From an uncultured Clostridiaceae bacterium (GTDB lineage Bacteria > Bacillota > UBA994 > PWPR01), in contig CAZVAO010000002.1 of the NCBI GenBank assembly GCA_964625175.1, positions 1-49,334 on the forward strand: a DNA stretch of 49,334 bases, read 5' to 3'. The stretch's first letter is position 1. Every line of letters begins with the position of its first letter. The notes under the pieces were generated by a model, which saw only the letters and a program-made list of their open reading frames with translations, searched no databases and was not told where the DNA came from. Below are positions 1-8,346 of the stretch, one piece after another. The translations under genes and the position numbers were made by a program.

Positions 1-90
1 ACGCGGCAATTTCCACTTCTAATTATACCATAAATGCCTTGCTATGATAACCCTTTTCTATTTGTCAGTTTCACAAGCTGCTCTGAAATG

Positions 91-642
91 TTACGATATC
101 GCCATAGAAATCAATTCAAGTTCCCATAAATCATTCTTGTATTTAGCTTCGTATTCTGGGAAAACCGCACCCAATACACTAAACCAAGATTCTCCTGTTA
201 TTCTGGCTCGATTTTTTTGGTATTCCTGTAAATTAATACTGAGCACCGTTCCATTTTTGACTGCCATTGGCATACCGGCAAAAGAACCTTCCGTTCCAAT
301 CTCAAAATAGTCGGTATTCGTTTTAATTGTTGCATAACTAAGAACTTGCTCAGACAAATCGTCGAAGGATGTTAAAACCATCTGCTTAGCGGCATCACTA
401 AGATCGACAAGAGACTCTAGATTAATGGCAATATAACCATCCCCACCGTTCTCCTCTGCGAAAGCGGCACGCATAACCAAAACATATAAATCCACACGCT
501 GTCGCTCTTCTTTTGATAGCTCATAATCAATCGCTTCTGCCTCATCCATTGGCAAAGAAACTGCGGTAGGTGTACAGGCTCCAAGCAATACACTACTCAG
601 TAATAGAAAAATTACGAACATCTGATACTTTATTTTCTTCAA
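91..642 (-). CDS. putative lipoprotein, function unknown
   Basis: ORF 91..651. The N-terminus KKIKYQMFVIFLLLSSVLLGAC is a signal peptide plus lipobox. The track start is a GTG fused to a GGGGG run; the TTG at 642 lies about 8 nt after that run and is the likelier start. No catalytic motif recognised. Confidence 0.6.
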   Translation of the reverse strand: MKKIKYQMFVIFLLLSSVLLGACTPTAVSLPMDEAEAIDYELSKEERQRVDLYVLVMRAAFAEENGGDGYIAINLESLVDLSDAAKQMVLTSFDDLSEQVLSYATIKTNTDYFEIGTEGSFAGMPMAVKNGTVLSINLQEYQKNRARITGESWFSVLGAVFPEYEAKYKNDLWELELISMAIS

Positions 643-861
643 AGAAAACACCCCCTATTACCTTTTTAGACTGTTTATCTTAGGATTAGTTCCCAGAAAG
701 AAGTATGCACAAAAGTGTCATCAAAAGGTTATACCAGTGAGCCATCCAACGATTTAGGTATGCTTTGATTGTTTTGTGAGGCACTTCAGAAAGTCCAAAT
801 GCCAAAAAATGCCCTTTAGAGGCTGTCCCCTTTGGAATCAAAAACGGTATGATGGATGTGC

Positions 862-949
862 AATTCGTTAAACAATGCTAGAACGATTGTTGAGCAATAA
901 TTAAACAATGGTCAAACGGTTGTCGAACGGTTGTCGAACGATTGCCAAA
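862..949. repeat. array of eight degenerate 11-bp direct repeats (consensus about CGATTGTCGAA; two units identical)
   Basis: Read in 11-nt steps from 862: aattcgttaaa, caatgctagaa, cgattgttgag, caataattaaa, caatggtcaaa, cggttgtcgaa, cggttgtcgaa, cgattgccaaa. Lies in a 500-bp ORF-free gap. Confidence 0.8.
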
Positions 950-1149
950 GGTAAATATTATATGCTTGAAAACCAAAAACGGCGTCCTGCTTCAGCGGAA
1001 CTCCGTTTTTTATATCTTCACTAGCATTTTGAGTCAAGGGAAATTGAGATGATACCTAAGTGCGAGCAAAAACACGCTACGAGGCTATACATGCTCGTAT
1101 GCTGAGTAAGTGTTTTTCTGAGTAACAACGGTAGCGCTCAATTTTGGAA

Positions 1150-1506
1150 TTATAAAATTTGGGAGTATTCGATGCGTTCTTTGTTAGGACCGGTAAAGAA
1201 CGCAATTTTATTCGTGCCAGATTGGCGTGGTGGGGCATCTAATTCAATTCCGTGTTCTTTTAGTTCTGCTAGTTTCTCATCAAGCTTTTGAACACGGAAG
1301 GCTAAATGTTCTACTGGGCCCACCTCTCTATGTTCATAGCCTTCTTTATAAATCAGTTCAATTGTAACCCCATGCGCATTCATAAAAATCAATTGCATAC
1401 CTGGACGCTCTTCGATATTTAACACTTTACACCCTAATACTTGTGTGTAAAACTTCAAAGACGCCTCAACGTCACTAACTCGAATACCAATGTGCAAGAA
1501 TTCCAT
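1150..1506 (-). CDS. VOC/glyoxalase-family protein (glyoxalase I / methylmalonyl-CoA epimerase-like fold)
   Basis: 118 aa with the typical VOC pattern: HIGIRVSDVEASLKFY near the N-terminus and VEHLAF later. GGAGG lies 8-9 nt upstream of the ATG. Confidence 0.8.
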   Translation of the reverse strand: MEFLHIGIRVSDVEASLKFYTQVLGCKVLNIEERPGMQLIFMNAHGVTIELIYKEGYEHREVGPVEHLAFRVQKLDEKLAELKEHGIELDAPPRQSGTNKIAFFTGPNKERIEYSQIL

Positions 1507-1579
1507 GTGCTATACCTCCACTATTTTGAATATGTTCTTGTTCATCATATCAGTTTTAAACGATTATGTGTCATTGTTT

Positions 1580-3490
1580 TTACTTCTTGTCTGCTTTTTG
1601 CGCTTCAATTTCTTCTATTAACTCACTTAGATACTCCCAGCGGTCCATTTTATGCTCTAATTCTGCTTTTATTTTGTTCTGCTCGGCAGTTAAATCAGCG
1701 AGCAAAACATAATCACTGCCAGCACCATTGACTTTTTCATTAATCAACGCTAAACCCTGTTCTAAATCATGGATGGCACCTTCAATACCTTCATACTCTT
1801 GCTCTTCGCGATAAGAGAGTTTCAACTTTGGTTTTTCAACGTCCTGTGTGCGATTTGCGTGCTCACTCACCTGCTCCTGCGGCTCAGCAGTAGAAGATGG
1901 ACGATTTTTTAGATAATCTCGATAAGAACCCGCATAAATATCCACTCCTCCACAATCATTAAAGTTAAAGATTTTCCTAGCAATACGGTCCAAAAAGTAA
2001 CGATCGTGTGAGACAGCAATAACCGCTCCATGAAATTCATCTAAATAGTTCTCAAGGACTGTTAACGTGTGGATATCTAAATCATTAGTCGGTTCATCGA
2101 GCAATAGCACATTGGGTGCCTGTACTAAGACTTGGAGCAATTTTAAACGACGCCGCTCGCCCCCCGATAGTTTGCTCACTAATCCATACTGCATCGCTGG
2201 TGTGAATAAAAATAGCTCCAACATTCGCGCCACATTTATTTTGCTACCCTCGTCTGTGGTTACCACCTCTGCGACCTCGCGCAAATAGTCAATCACTCGA
2301 ACTTCTTCATTCACAAACTCATGATCCTGTCCATAGAAACCGATCTTGACGGTGCTGCCGCGTTCAATGTTTCCTTGGTCTAGCTCTATATCACCCACGA
2401 TTGCTTTCAGCAAAGTCGATTTACCTGTACCGTTCTTGCCAATAATACCGACGCGATCATCTGGCAACACCAGATAATTCAGATCTTCAAATAAGCTCTT
2501 TCCATCATAGGATTTTGATGCATGCTGAATTTCGATCACTTTCTTACCAAGCCGGGTTTGCGCTGTTTTTATGATTAAACTTTGGCTATTGTCTTGGGGT
2601 AATTGTTCTTTAAGCTGATCAAATCGCTGGATGCGGGCCTTTTGTTTCGTTGAACGCGCACGCGCCCCACGCTGCATCCAGGCTAATTCTTGACGAAAAA
2701 TATTACGTTTACGAGATGCATGACGAACCGCTAGTTCTTCTCTCTCAGCTTTCTGGGCAACAAAATCACTATAGTTGCCGCCATAGAAGTAGGTCTTGCC
2801 ATCGTCAATTTCAACAATTCGATTGACAATACGATCGAGAAAATAACGATCATGGGTCACCATTAGTAAGGCCCCACTACGCTGCTGTAGATAGCTTTCT
2901 AACCAATCGATTGCTTCATTGTCAATATGATTTGTTGGTTCATCGAGAATTAAGAGTTGGGATGGGTAGATTAAAGCCTCAGCTAAAGCAATGCGTTTCC
3001 TCTGCCCCCCAGAAAACAATTTGAGTTGAGTACGAAATTCAGTTACGCCTAGCTTTGTCAGAATTCGTTTAACATCACTGTCTAACTGCCAAACATTGGC
3101 AGCATCCATTTTTGTCATATGAGCAAATAGCTGATTTTGCAATAATTCATCGCTAGGGCGATCTGCAACTCGACGCGAAAGATCATCATAAATGCGTAAC
3201 AATTGCATCTGTGGGCTATTACCACTGTAAACATGCTCAAGCAAGGTCATCTCACCATCAAATACTGGATCCTGTGCTAAATATCGAATGTTGGTCTGAT
3301 TACGTACTGTAATATTTCCTGTATCCGCAGACTCTACACCAGCTACAATTTTCAAAAATGTCGATTTACCTGTGCCATTTGCTCCAATCACACCGATTTT
3401 ATCGTTGCTATCGATGCCTAAATTCAGACTCTGAAATAGTGTCTTGCTAAAATAGGCTTTCCCTAAATTTTCAATTGTTAAGATATTCAT
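1580..3490 (-). CDS. ABC-F family ATPase (Uup/YfmR-like translation factor type, no TM domain)
   Basis: 636 aa. Two Walker A motifs (GANGTGKST, GKNGTGKST), two ABC signatures (FSGGQRKR, LSGGERRR), two Walker B motifs (LLILDEPTNHID, LLLLDEPTNDLD), and a charged coiled-coil C-terminal extension. Confidence 0.9.
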   Translation of the reverse strand: MNILTIENLGKAYFSKTLFQSLNLGIDSNDKIGVIGANGTGKSTFLKIVAGVESADTGNITVRNQTNIRYLAQDPVFDGEMTLLEHVYSGNSPQMQLLRIYDDLSRRVADRPSDELLQNQLFAHMTKMDAANVWQLDSDVKRILTKLGVTEFRTQLKLFSGGQRKRIALAEALIYPSQLLILDEPTNHIDNEAIDWLESYLQQRSGALLMVTHDRYFLDRIVNRIVEIDDGKTYFYGGNYSDFVAQKAEREELAVRHASRKRNIFRQELAWMQRGARARSTKQKARIQRFDQLKEQLPQDNSQSLIIKTAQTRLGKKVIEIQHASKSYDGKSLFEDLNYLVLPDDRVGIIGKNGTGKSTLLKAIVGDIELDQGNIERGSTVKIGFYGQDHEFVNEEVRVIDYLREVAEVVTTDEGSKINVARMLELFLFTPAMQYGLVSKLSGGERRRLKLLQVLVQAPNVLLLDEPTNDLDIHTLTVLENYLDEFHGAVIAVSHDRYFLDRIARKIFNFNDCGGVDIYAGSYRDYLKNRPSSTAEPQEQVSEHANRTQDVEKPKLKLSYREEQEYEGIEGAIHDLEQGLALINEKVNGAGSDYVLLADLTAEQNKIKAELEHKMDRWEYLSELIEEIEAQKADKK

Positions 3491-3568
3491 AACTCACCCA
3501 TAACCTTACTCTAAGCAGACGCTAACGTGGCAACTGTCGTTGTCTGCGATCAAATGTTATATCCGAAT

Positions 3569-3925
3569 CTATTTGACCTCAAAGTACTCGAAACGCTCTC
3601 CGTCTGGGCCAAAAAAGAAGGCCATTTTGCCCCCACCAACTTGGCGCACATCACCATCTAACGCGATACCAAAGGATTTAAGCTCTTCAATCTTCTCTGC
3701 GAGGTTATCGACATAGAAGGCAATATGATCAACAGGTCCTAGCGTGCGCTTTTGATTCGCTTCACTATATATTAATTCAACAACTATGCCATGTGCCTCT
3801 AAAAAAACCAAGGTTGCTGTAGGACGCACAATCTCTTGGGTCACTTTAAACCCCAATACGTTTAGATAAAAGTCCTTAGATTTAGTAAGATCTGTAACTC
3901 GAATTCCAAGTTGTTTAAATTTCAT
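3569..3925 (-). CDS. VOC/glyoxalase-family protein, paralog of 1150..1506
   Basis: ORF 3569..3967. AGGAGG lies 7 nt upstream of the internal ATG (MKFKQLGIRVTDL), so the start is placed at 3925. Aligns along its full length with the other VOC protein (GIRV.D...S..FY, HG...ELIY, GPV.H.AF). Confidence 0.8.
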   Translation of the reverse strand: MKFKQLGIRVTDLTKSKDFYLNVLGFKVTQEIVRPTATLVFLEAHGIVVELIYSEANQKRTLGPVDHIAFYVDNLAEKIEELKSFGIALDGDVRQVGGGKMAFFFGPDGERFEYFEVK

Positions 3926-3987
3926 TATTTTTCCTCCTATTCGGATGTTCTTTGCTAAGTGTTGCAAACAATGATCTTTACATCAGG

Positions 3988-4905
3988 CTATTTGCTCTTC
4001 CGCAAATAATGTCCCCAACACTCGGTAATTATTTTTCTTGCCGCAAATAGTGACGCCAAGGATGGGTCGAGCGTCGGTGCAACCTCTACGACATCAAAAC
4101 CGATTATTGGCAAATCAAAAATCCCTCTTAATAAGTTTAAGAGTTCTCTGCTTGTCATCCCGCCAAACTGGGGCGTTCCTGTTCCAGCAGCATAGGCGGG
4201 GTCTAAACAATCTATATCAATTGTTAGATAAATTTTACTAAATTGAGCCATTTTACTTTTAATATCTTCAACTGCACGGGCGACCCCGATATCTGATAAT
4301 TGCTTGGCACTGATGACATTAAGCGTATGATCCTTCATGAACACCAATTCTTCAGACTCAATTGAACGAATCCCCACAAAATAGATACTCTCACTATCTC
4401 TAATTTGCTCCAGATCCAGAGCTCTCCTAGCAGTGGAACCATGGGAATGCACATCTCCATTTAAACAATTGCACAAGTCAAAATGAGCATCGATATGGAT
4501 AATTCCAAAAGCCTCATCCACAGCGTCGTTGATCCCCCTTAAAACTGGTATTGTGGTGGAATGATCTCCGCCGATCATCGTAAAAAACCGTCCCGCCTTG
4601 ACGAGTTCAGCGACCTGACCTTCGACAAGATCAAATAACTCCTCGCGCGTACTGCTACCAAAATCCCCAAGATCATGGATTTTAAGAGAAGACAGATCTT
4701 CAAAATACTCTGTAGTTGGCGGTATGGTGTAGGTGATATCGCGTAAAGCTTGTGGTGCATCCTTTGCCCCACTCCTAAAGCTCACACTTCCATCAAAGGG
4801 AATCCCAAATACTGCGATATCTGCATCTTTTGTGTTTAGATTAGGTCTGTTTAAGCCCGCCCATATTTTCTGATCCTTGATCATATCTTTTGTTTTTAAC
4901 ATCAT
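3988..4905 (-). CDS. speB: agmatinase / ureohydrolase-family enzyme
   Basis: 305 aa with arginase-family Mn-binding motifs: GGDHS, IHIDAHFD, TIDIDCLDPAYAAGTGTP. AAGGAG RBS. The stop of the upstream SDR gene overlaps the RBS/start region. Exact guanidino substrate not determinable. Confidence 0.8.
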   Translation of the reverse strand: MMLKTKDMIKDQKIWAGLNRPNLNTKDADIAVFGIPFDGSVSFRSGAKDAPQALRDITYTIPPTTEYFEDLSSLKIHDLGDFGSSTREELFDLVEGQVAELVKAGRFFTMIGGDHSTTIPVLRGINDAVDEAFGIIHIDAHFDLCNCLNGDVHSHGSTARRALDLEQIRDSESIYFVGIRSIESEELVFMKDHTLNVISAKQLSDIGVARAVEDIKSKMAQFSKIYLTIDIDCLDPAYAAGTGTPQFGGMTSRELLNLLRGIFDLPIIGFDVVEVAPTLDPSLASLFAARKIITECWGHYLRKSK

Positions 4906-4906
4906 A

Positions 4907-5812
4907 TTACTCCTTGTAGTCCTCTTTGTGTGTCATTATTTGATCGTTAAACCATTTTTCTAGCACCCATCCCGCAGAATTCAATGTCTGATCAGTCAGT
5001 TGGATGAGATTACGCCTAAGCCTCTCATTCAAACATTTCTGATTATAAGGGATTATTTGATTTTTCTTTTCTATCAAGTGACCTGACAACCCTGTGATAT
5101 GCGGACTGCTTGCTAAATAAATACTCGTTTCAGCCCCTTGAGCAGGTGGATCATAAAGCGTCTTATTGATAGACCCCATTAGCCGCATTAATAAACTGTC
5201 TCCCTGCCAAATCCCCGTCGCAACACTACCTGGATGGATCGCAAATACGGTGCAGTCTGTATTTGCCAATCGTTCATTTAAGTCAATCGTGTAAATTATT
5301 TGAGCAAGTTTTGAGGCCGAATACGCTTTAAATCCATGAGAATGTCTTGCAAAAAACGCCTCTCTGAAATTAAGTTTCCCAAACAAACCGGCCTTTGATG
5401 CGACCATTAAAATCCTAGGGGCAGTGCCTTCCATCAGTATTGGCAACAAAAGCTCCGTTAAATAATAGGTGCCCAAATAATTAACACCCATCGTCATTTC
5501 GTAACCTTCAATTGTTTTACGTGCAGAATCACAAAACACCCCCGCATTGTTAATTAAAACATCTAGGGAATTAAATCGTTGCTGAAACGCCGCCGCAAAA
5601 CTGGTAATCGAGGCCAGTGAACTTAAATCCACTTTAATCAATTCGATGTCCTCATTCTTCGTTTGATTCACAAACTCGGCTTTTACCCTGGCTGCTTTTT
5701 CAAGGTTCCGACAAGCCATAATGATCTGATGACCCTGGCTAGCCAAACCTCTTGCGGTCTCTAAACCAATGCCGCTCGTTGCCCCTGTGATTAGGATTCG
5801 TCTTTTAGGCAT
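4907..5812 (-). CDS. short-chain dehydrogenase/reductase (classical SDR, retinol-dehydrogenase-like)
   Basis: ORF 4907..5839. GGAGGGG RBS precedes the internal ATG (MPKRRILITGATSGIG). Motifs TGxxxGIG, NNAG and YSASK present. Confidence 0.85.
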   Translation of the reverse strand: MPKRRILITGATSGIGLETARGLASQGHQIIMACRNLEKAARVKAEFVNQTKNEDIELIKVDLSSLASITSFAAAFQQRFNSLDVLINNAGVFCDSARKTIEGYEMTMGVNYLGTYYLTELLLPILMEGTAPRILMVASKAGLFGKLNFREAFFARHSHGFKAYSASKLAQIIYTIDLNERLANTDCTVFAIHPGSVATGIWQGDSLLMRLMGSINKTLYDPPAQGAETSIYLASSPHITGLSGHLIEKKNQIIPYNQKCLNERLRRNLIQLTDQTLNSAGWVLEKWFNDQIMTHKEDYKE

Positions 5813-5886
5813 ATTAACCCCTCCAAATATGGGAACCATTATAATCCAGCGAAAACATTGCTATTAACAGAATAATTATACCACAG

Positions 5887-5914
5887 TTGCTTAACGTATA
5901 AGAAGATATATAAT
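5887..5914 (+). promoter_or_regulatory. candidate sigma-A-type promoter for the moaD-like/aor operon
   Basis: TTGCTT, 16 nt spacer, TATAAT, about 130 nt upstream of the ATG at 6044. Sequence match only. Confidence 0.35.
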
Positions 5915-6043
5915 TTCGCCCAACGACACTCCACTCATCTATCCACCTCAATTATTATTCAGTATTTTTATGTACGTTTGCAGGATTCTTCGCCTGTACC
6001 TTGAAAATTAATAATGTAGCCAAATTTCATAAGGAGGTGAAAT

Positions 6044-6280
6044 ATGCAGATTTTAATAACCTATCGTGGGGGACTCTATGAACATATCCCACAGCATATT
6101 ACAGATCAAAGTACTCTAACAGTTTCCCCAGGCACAACTGTGCGCGATATTATTGATCTTCTAGCTATCCCCGACCATGCTATTTGGTTTGCAACCATAA
6201 ACGATAAAAAAACCACGCTTTGTTCTACGGTTAGTGACAATGACCATCTGACAATATATGCCCCCGTTGCGGGCGGTTAA
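6044..6280 (+). CDS. MoaD/ThiS-family small sulfur-carrier-like protein (C-terminal Gly-Gly)
   Basis: 78 aa ending in ...YAPVAGG-stop. Strong AAGGAGG RBS. Ends 9 nt before the AOR gene start. Confidence 0.75.
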   Translation: MQILITYRGGLYEHIPQHITDQSTLTVSPGTTVRDIIDLLAIPDHAIWFATINDKKTTLCSTVSDNDHLTIYAPVAGG

Positions 6281-6289
6281 GGAGTAATT

Positions 6290-8164
6290 ATGGAAGATAA
6301 GAAGATTTTTGGATTTCAGAACCGTATTTTACGTGTTAATTTGACGAACCATACCAGTACGGTTGAGGAACCCGGCGAAGCCTTTTACCGACGTTACATT
6401 GGAGGACGTGGCATCATTGCTCACTACCTATATAAAGAAATTCCCGTCGGAGCCGACCCATTGGGTCCTGATAACAAAGTTATTTTTGCTGCTGGGCCAC
6501 TCACAGGCGCTGGCTTTATAGGAGGCGGTCGTTCTAGTGTAGGTGCAAAATCACCGTTGACTGGAGCCTATGGTGATGGTGAAGCAGGCGGTTTCTTCGG
6601 CGCGGAGATGCGGCGGGCAGGCTATGATGCGATTATCATTGAAGGGCAATCCCAAACTCCCGTTTATCTTGCGATCAAGGATGATGTGGTCGAAATCCGG
6701 GATGCTTCTCACCTCTGGGGTAAGCTTAGCGCGGATGTCGAAGCGGCCATTAAGACGGAGATGGACGATAAGTTTACCCGTGTGGCTCAAATAGGCGTTG
6801 CTGGAGAGAACTTAGTTAAGGTCTCAAATATTATCAATGATTTAACCCACTTCTATGGTCGCTGTGGTCTCGGAGCAGTTATGGGATCGAAGAAGTTGCG
6901 TGCGGTTGGAATTCGAGGCAAGCGCCCACCTCAGTTAGCTGACCGAGACACCATTCTCGAATTGAATAAGAAAATGGCAGCAGATATCCCGACAAAACGC
7001 GCCCGCCAAACTGAGTTTGGCACCACGGGTATAGTCCTAAGCAATAACGCCGCAGGTGGATTGCCTACCCGGAATTTCCGCGAAGGCAGCTTTGAAGACG
7101 CCTACCAAATTTCTGGTGAGCATATGAATGAAACCTATTTGGTTGACCGTGAAGGTTGCTATATGTGCTCGATTAATTGCAAACGCGTTGTAAAAGTCGA
7201 TGATCGCTACAAAGTAGACCCTGCTTATGGCGGTCCCGAATATGAAACATTAGGGGCCCTAGGATCCTGTTGTGGTGTCAGTGATTTGCAAGCTGTCTGT
7301 AAGGGGAATGAGCTTTGCAATTCACTAGGACTCGATACCATTTCTACTGGTGTTACGATTTCGTTTGCCATGGAATGCTTTGAAAACGGCTTAATCACGA
7401 CTAAAGATACCGATGGTTTAGAATTGCGCTTCGGTAACGGCGCGGCAATGGTCGCTATGATTGAGAAGATTGCTAAGCGAGAGGGTTTTGGTAAGATCCT
7501 TGCAGAAGGAAACCGTAGTGCAGCGCTTGCAATAGGAGGAAATGCCCTAGATTACGCCATGGAAGTCAAAGGACAAGCCCTTCCGATGCACGAACCACGC
7601 ATGAAACCTGGCTTGGGTATTGGCTATCAAGTCAGCCCCACTGGTGCTGACCACTGCCACAATCTCCATGATACCGCCTATACTAAAATGGGCCCAGGTC
7701 TGGAGAATATGTTCCCATTAGGCCTCAGCAAACCTCTGCCAGCGAATCAGCTTGATGCAGAAAAGGCTCATATGCTACGCGTTGCCGCAAACTGGCGTTA
7801 TTTCTCAAACAGTGCAGAACTCTGCCAGTTCGTTCCTTGGACGCCTGAAGAGACCATTAAAGCCTTCAAGGCTGCTACTGGATGGAACACGTCTGCCCTC
7901 GAGATTATGCAGACTATGGATCGCATCGTCACCTTAACTCGTCTCTTCAATCTGCGAGAAGGCTTTTCTGACAAAGATGATTACCTGCCTAAGCGCTTCT
8001 ATGAACCACTACTTGGTGAAGGCCCTCTCAAAGGTGTCAAGCTAAATCAAGATGAGGCCGATGATGCGCGCCTCGCCTATTATACGTTGATGGGCTGGGA
8101 TCAAAAAGGCGTTCCCACTACAGCGAAATTAGCAGAGCTTGATATCCTCTGGGCTCAAGAATAA
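6290..8164 (+). CDS. aor: tungsten-type aldehyde:ferredoxin oxidoreductase (AOR family)
   Basis: 624 aa with an AOR N-terminal domain (ILRVNLT..., GGRG), the 4Fe-4S ligand motif CYMCSINCK, and pterin-contact-like GLDTIS. AAGGAG RBS. Confidence 0.9.
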   Translation: MEDKKIFGFQNRILRVNLTNHTSTVEEPGEAFYRRYIGGRGIIAHYLYKEIPVGADPLGPDNKVIFAAGPLTGAGFIGGGRSSVGAKSPLTGAYGDGEAGGFFGAEMRRAGYDAIIIEGQSQTPVYLAIKDDVVEIRDASHLWGKLSADVEAAIKTEMDDKFTRVAQIGVAGENLVKVSNIINDLTHFYGRCGLGAVMGSKKLRAVGIRGKRPPQLADRDTILELNKKMAADIPTKRARQTEFGTTGIVLSNNAAGGLPTRNFREGSFEDAYQISGEHMNETYLVDREGCYMCSINCKRVVKVDDRYKVDPAYGGPEYETLGALGSCCGVSDLQAVCKGNELCNSLGLDTISTGVTISFAMECFENGLITTKDTDGLELRFGNGAAMVAMIEKIAKREGFGKILAEGNRSAALAIGGNALDYAMEVKGQALPMHEPRMKPGLGIGYQVSPTGADHCHNLHDTAYTKMGPGLENMFPLGLSKPLPANQLDAEKAHMLRVAANWRYFSNSAELCQFVPWTPEETIKAFKAATGWNTSALEIMQTMDRIVTLTRLFNLREGFSDKDDYLPKRFYEPLLGEGPLKGVKLNQDEADDARLAYYTLMGWDQKGVPTTAKLAELDILWAQE

Positions 8165-8240
8165 TCACTTTATAACGCAATCGGTGACCATTGCTCCTAT
8201 TGCGTAAAACCGTTAATTCGTCTATAATATGTGAGTTATT

Positions 8241-8280
8241 AAAGCCAGTCGCTCTAAATCAGCGCTGGCTTTAGTATTTA
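8241..8280 (+). terminator. probable intrinsic terminator after aor
   Basis: AAAGCCAG(T)CGCT, loop ctaaatc, AGCGCTGGCTTT, followed by a T-rich tail. One bulged base. Confidence 0.55.
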
Positions 8281-8346
8281 TGAAATATTTGTTATACTTA
8301 GGGGACTGATTGGATAACAAGGTTTCCAGATGAAGGGGAGATAAAC

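Noticed and set aside
1580-3490. The ABC-F protein as an antibiotic-resistance (ARE) factor
   Set aside because: Its length of 636 aa with a Uup-like coiled-coil C-terminal domain, together with the lack of an upstream leader-peptide/attenuator structure, argues for a housekeeping translation factor. It is kept only as a low-interest note.
5915-6043. A possible Moco/Tuco riboswitch in the roughly 130-nt leader of the moaD-like/aor operon
   Set aside because: I could not find the conserved Moco-motif elements or a convincing multi-stem fold by eye. An Infernal scan with the Rfam Moco model would be decisive, but nothing in the sequence supports the call now.
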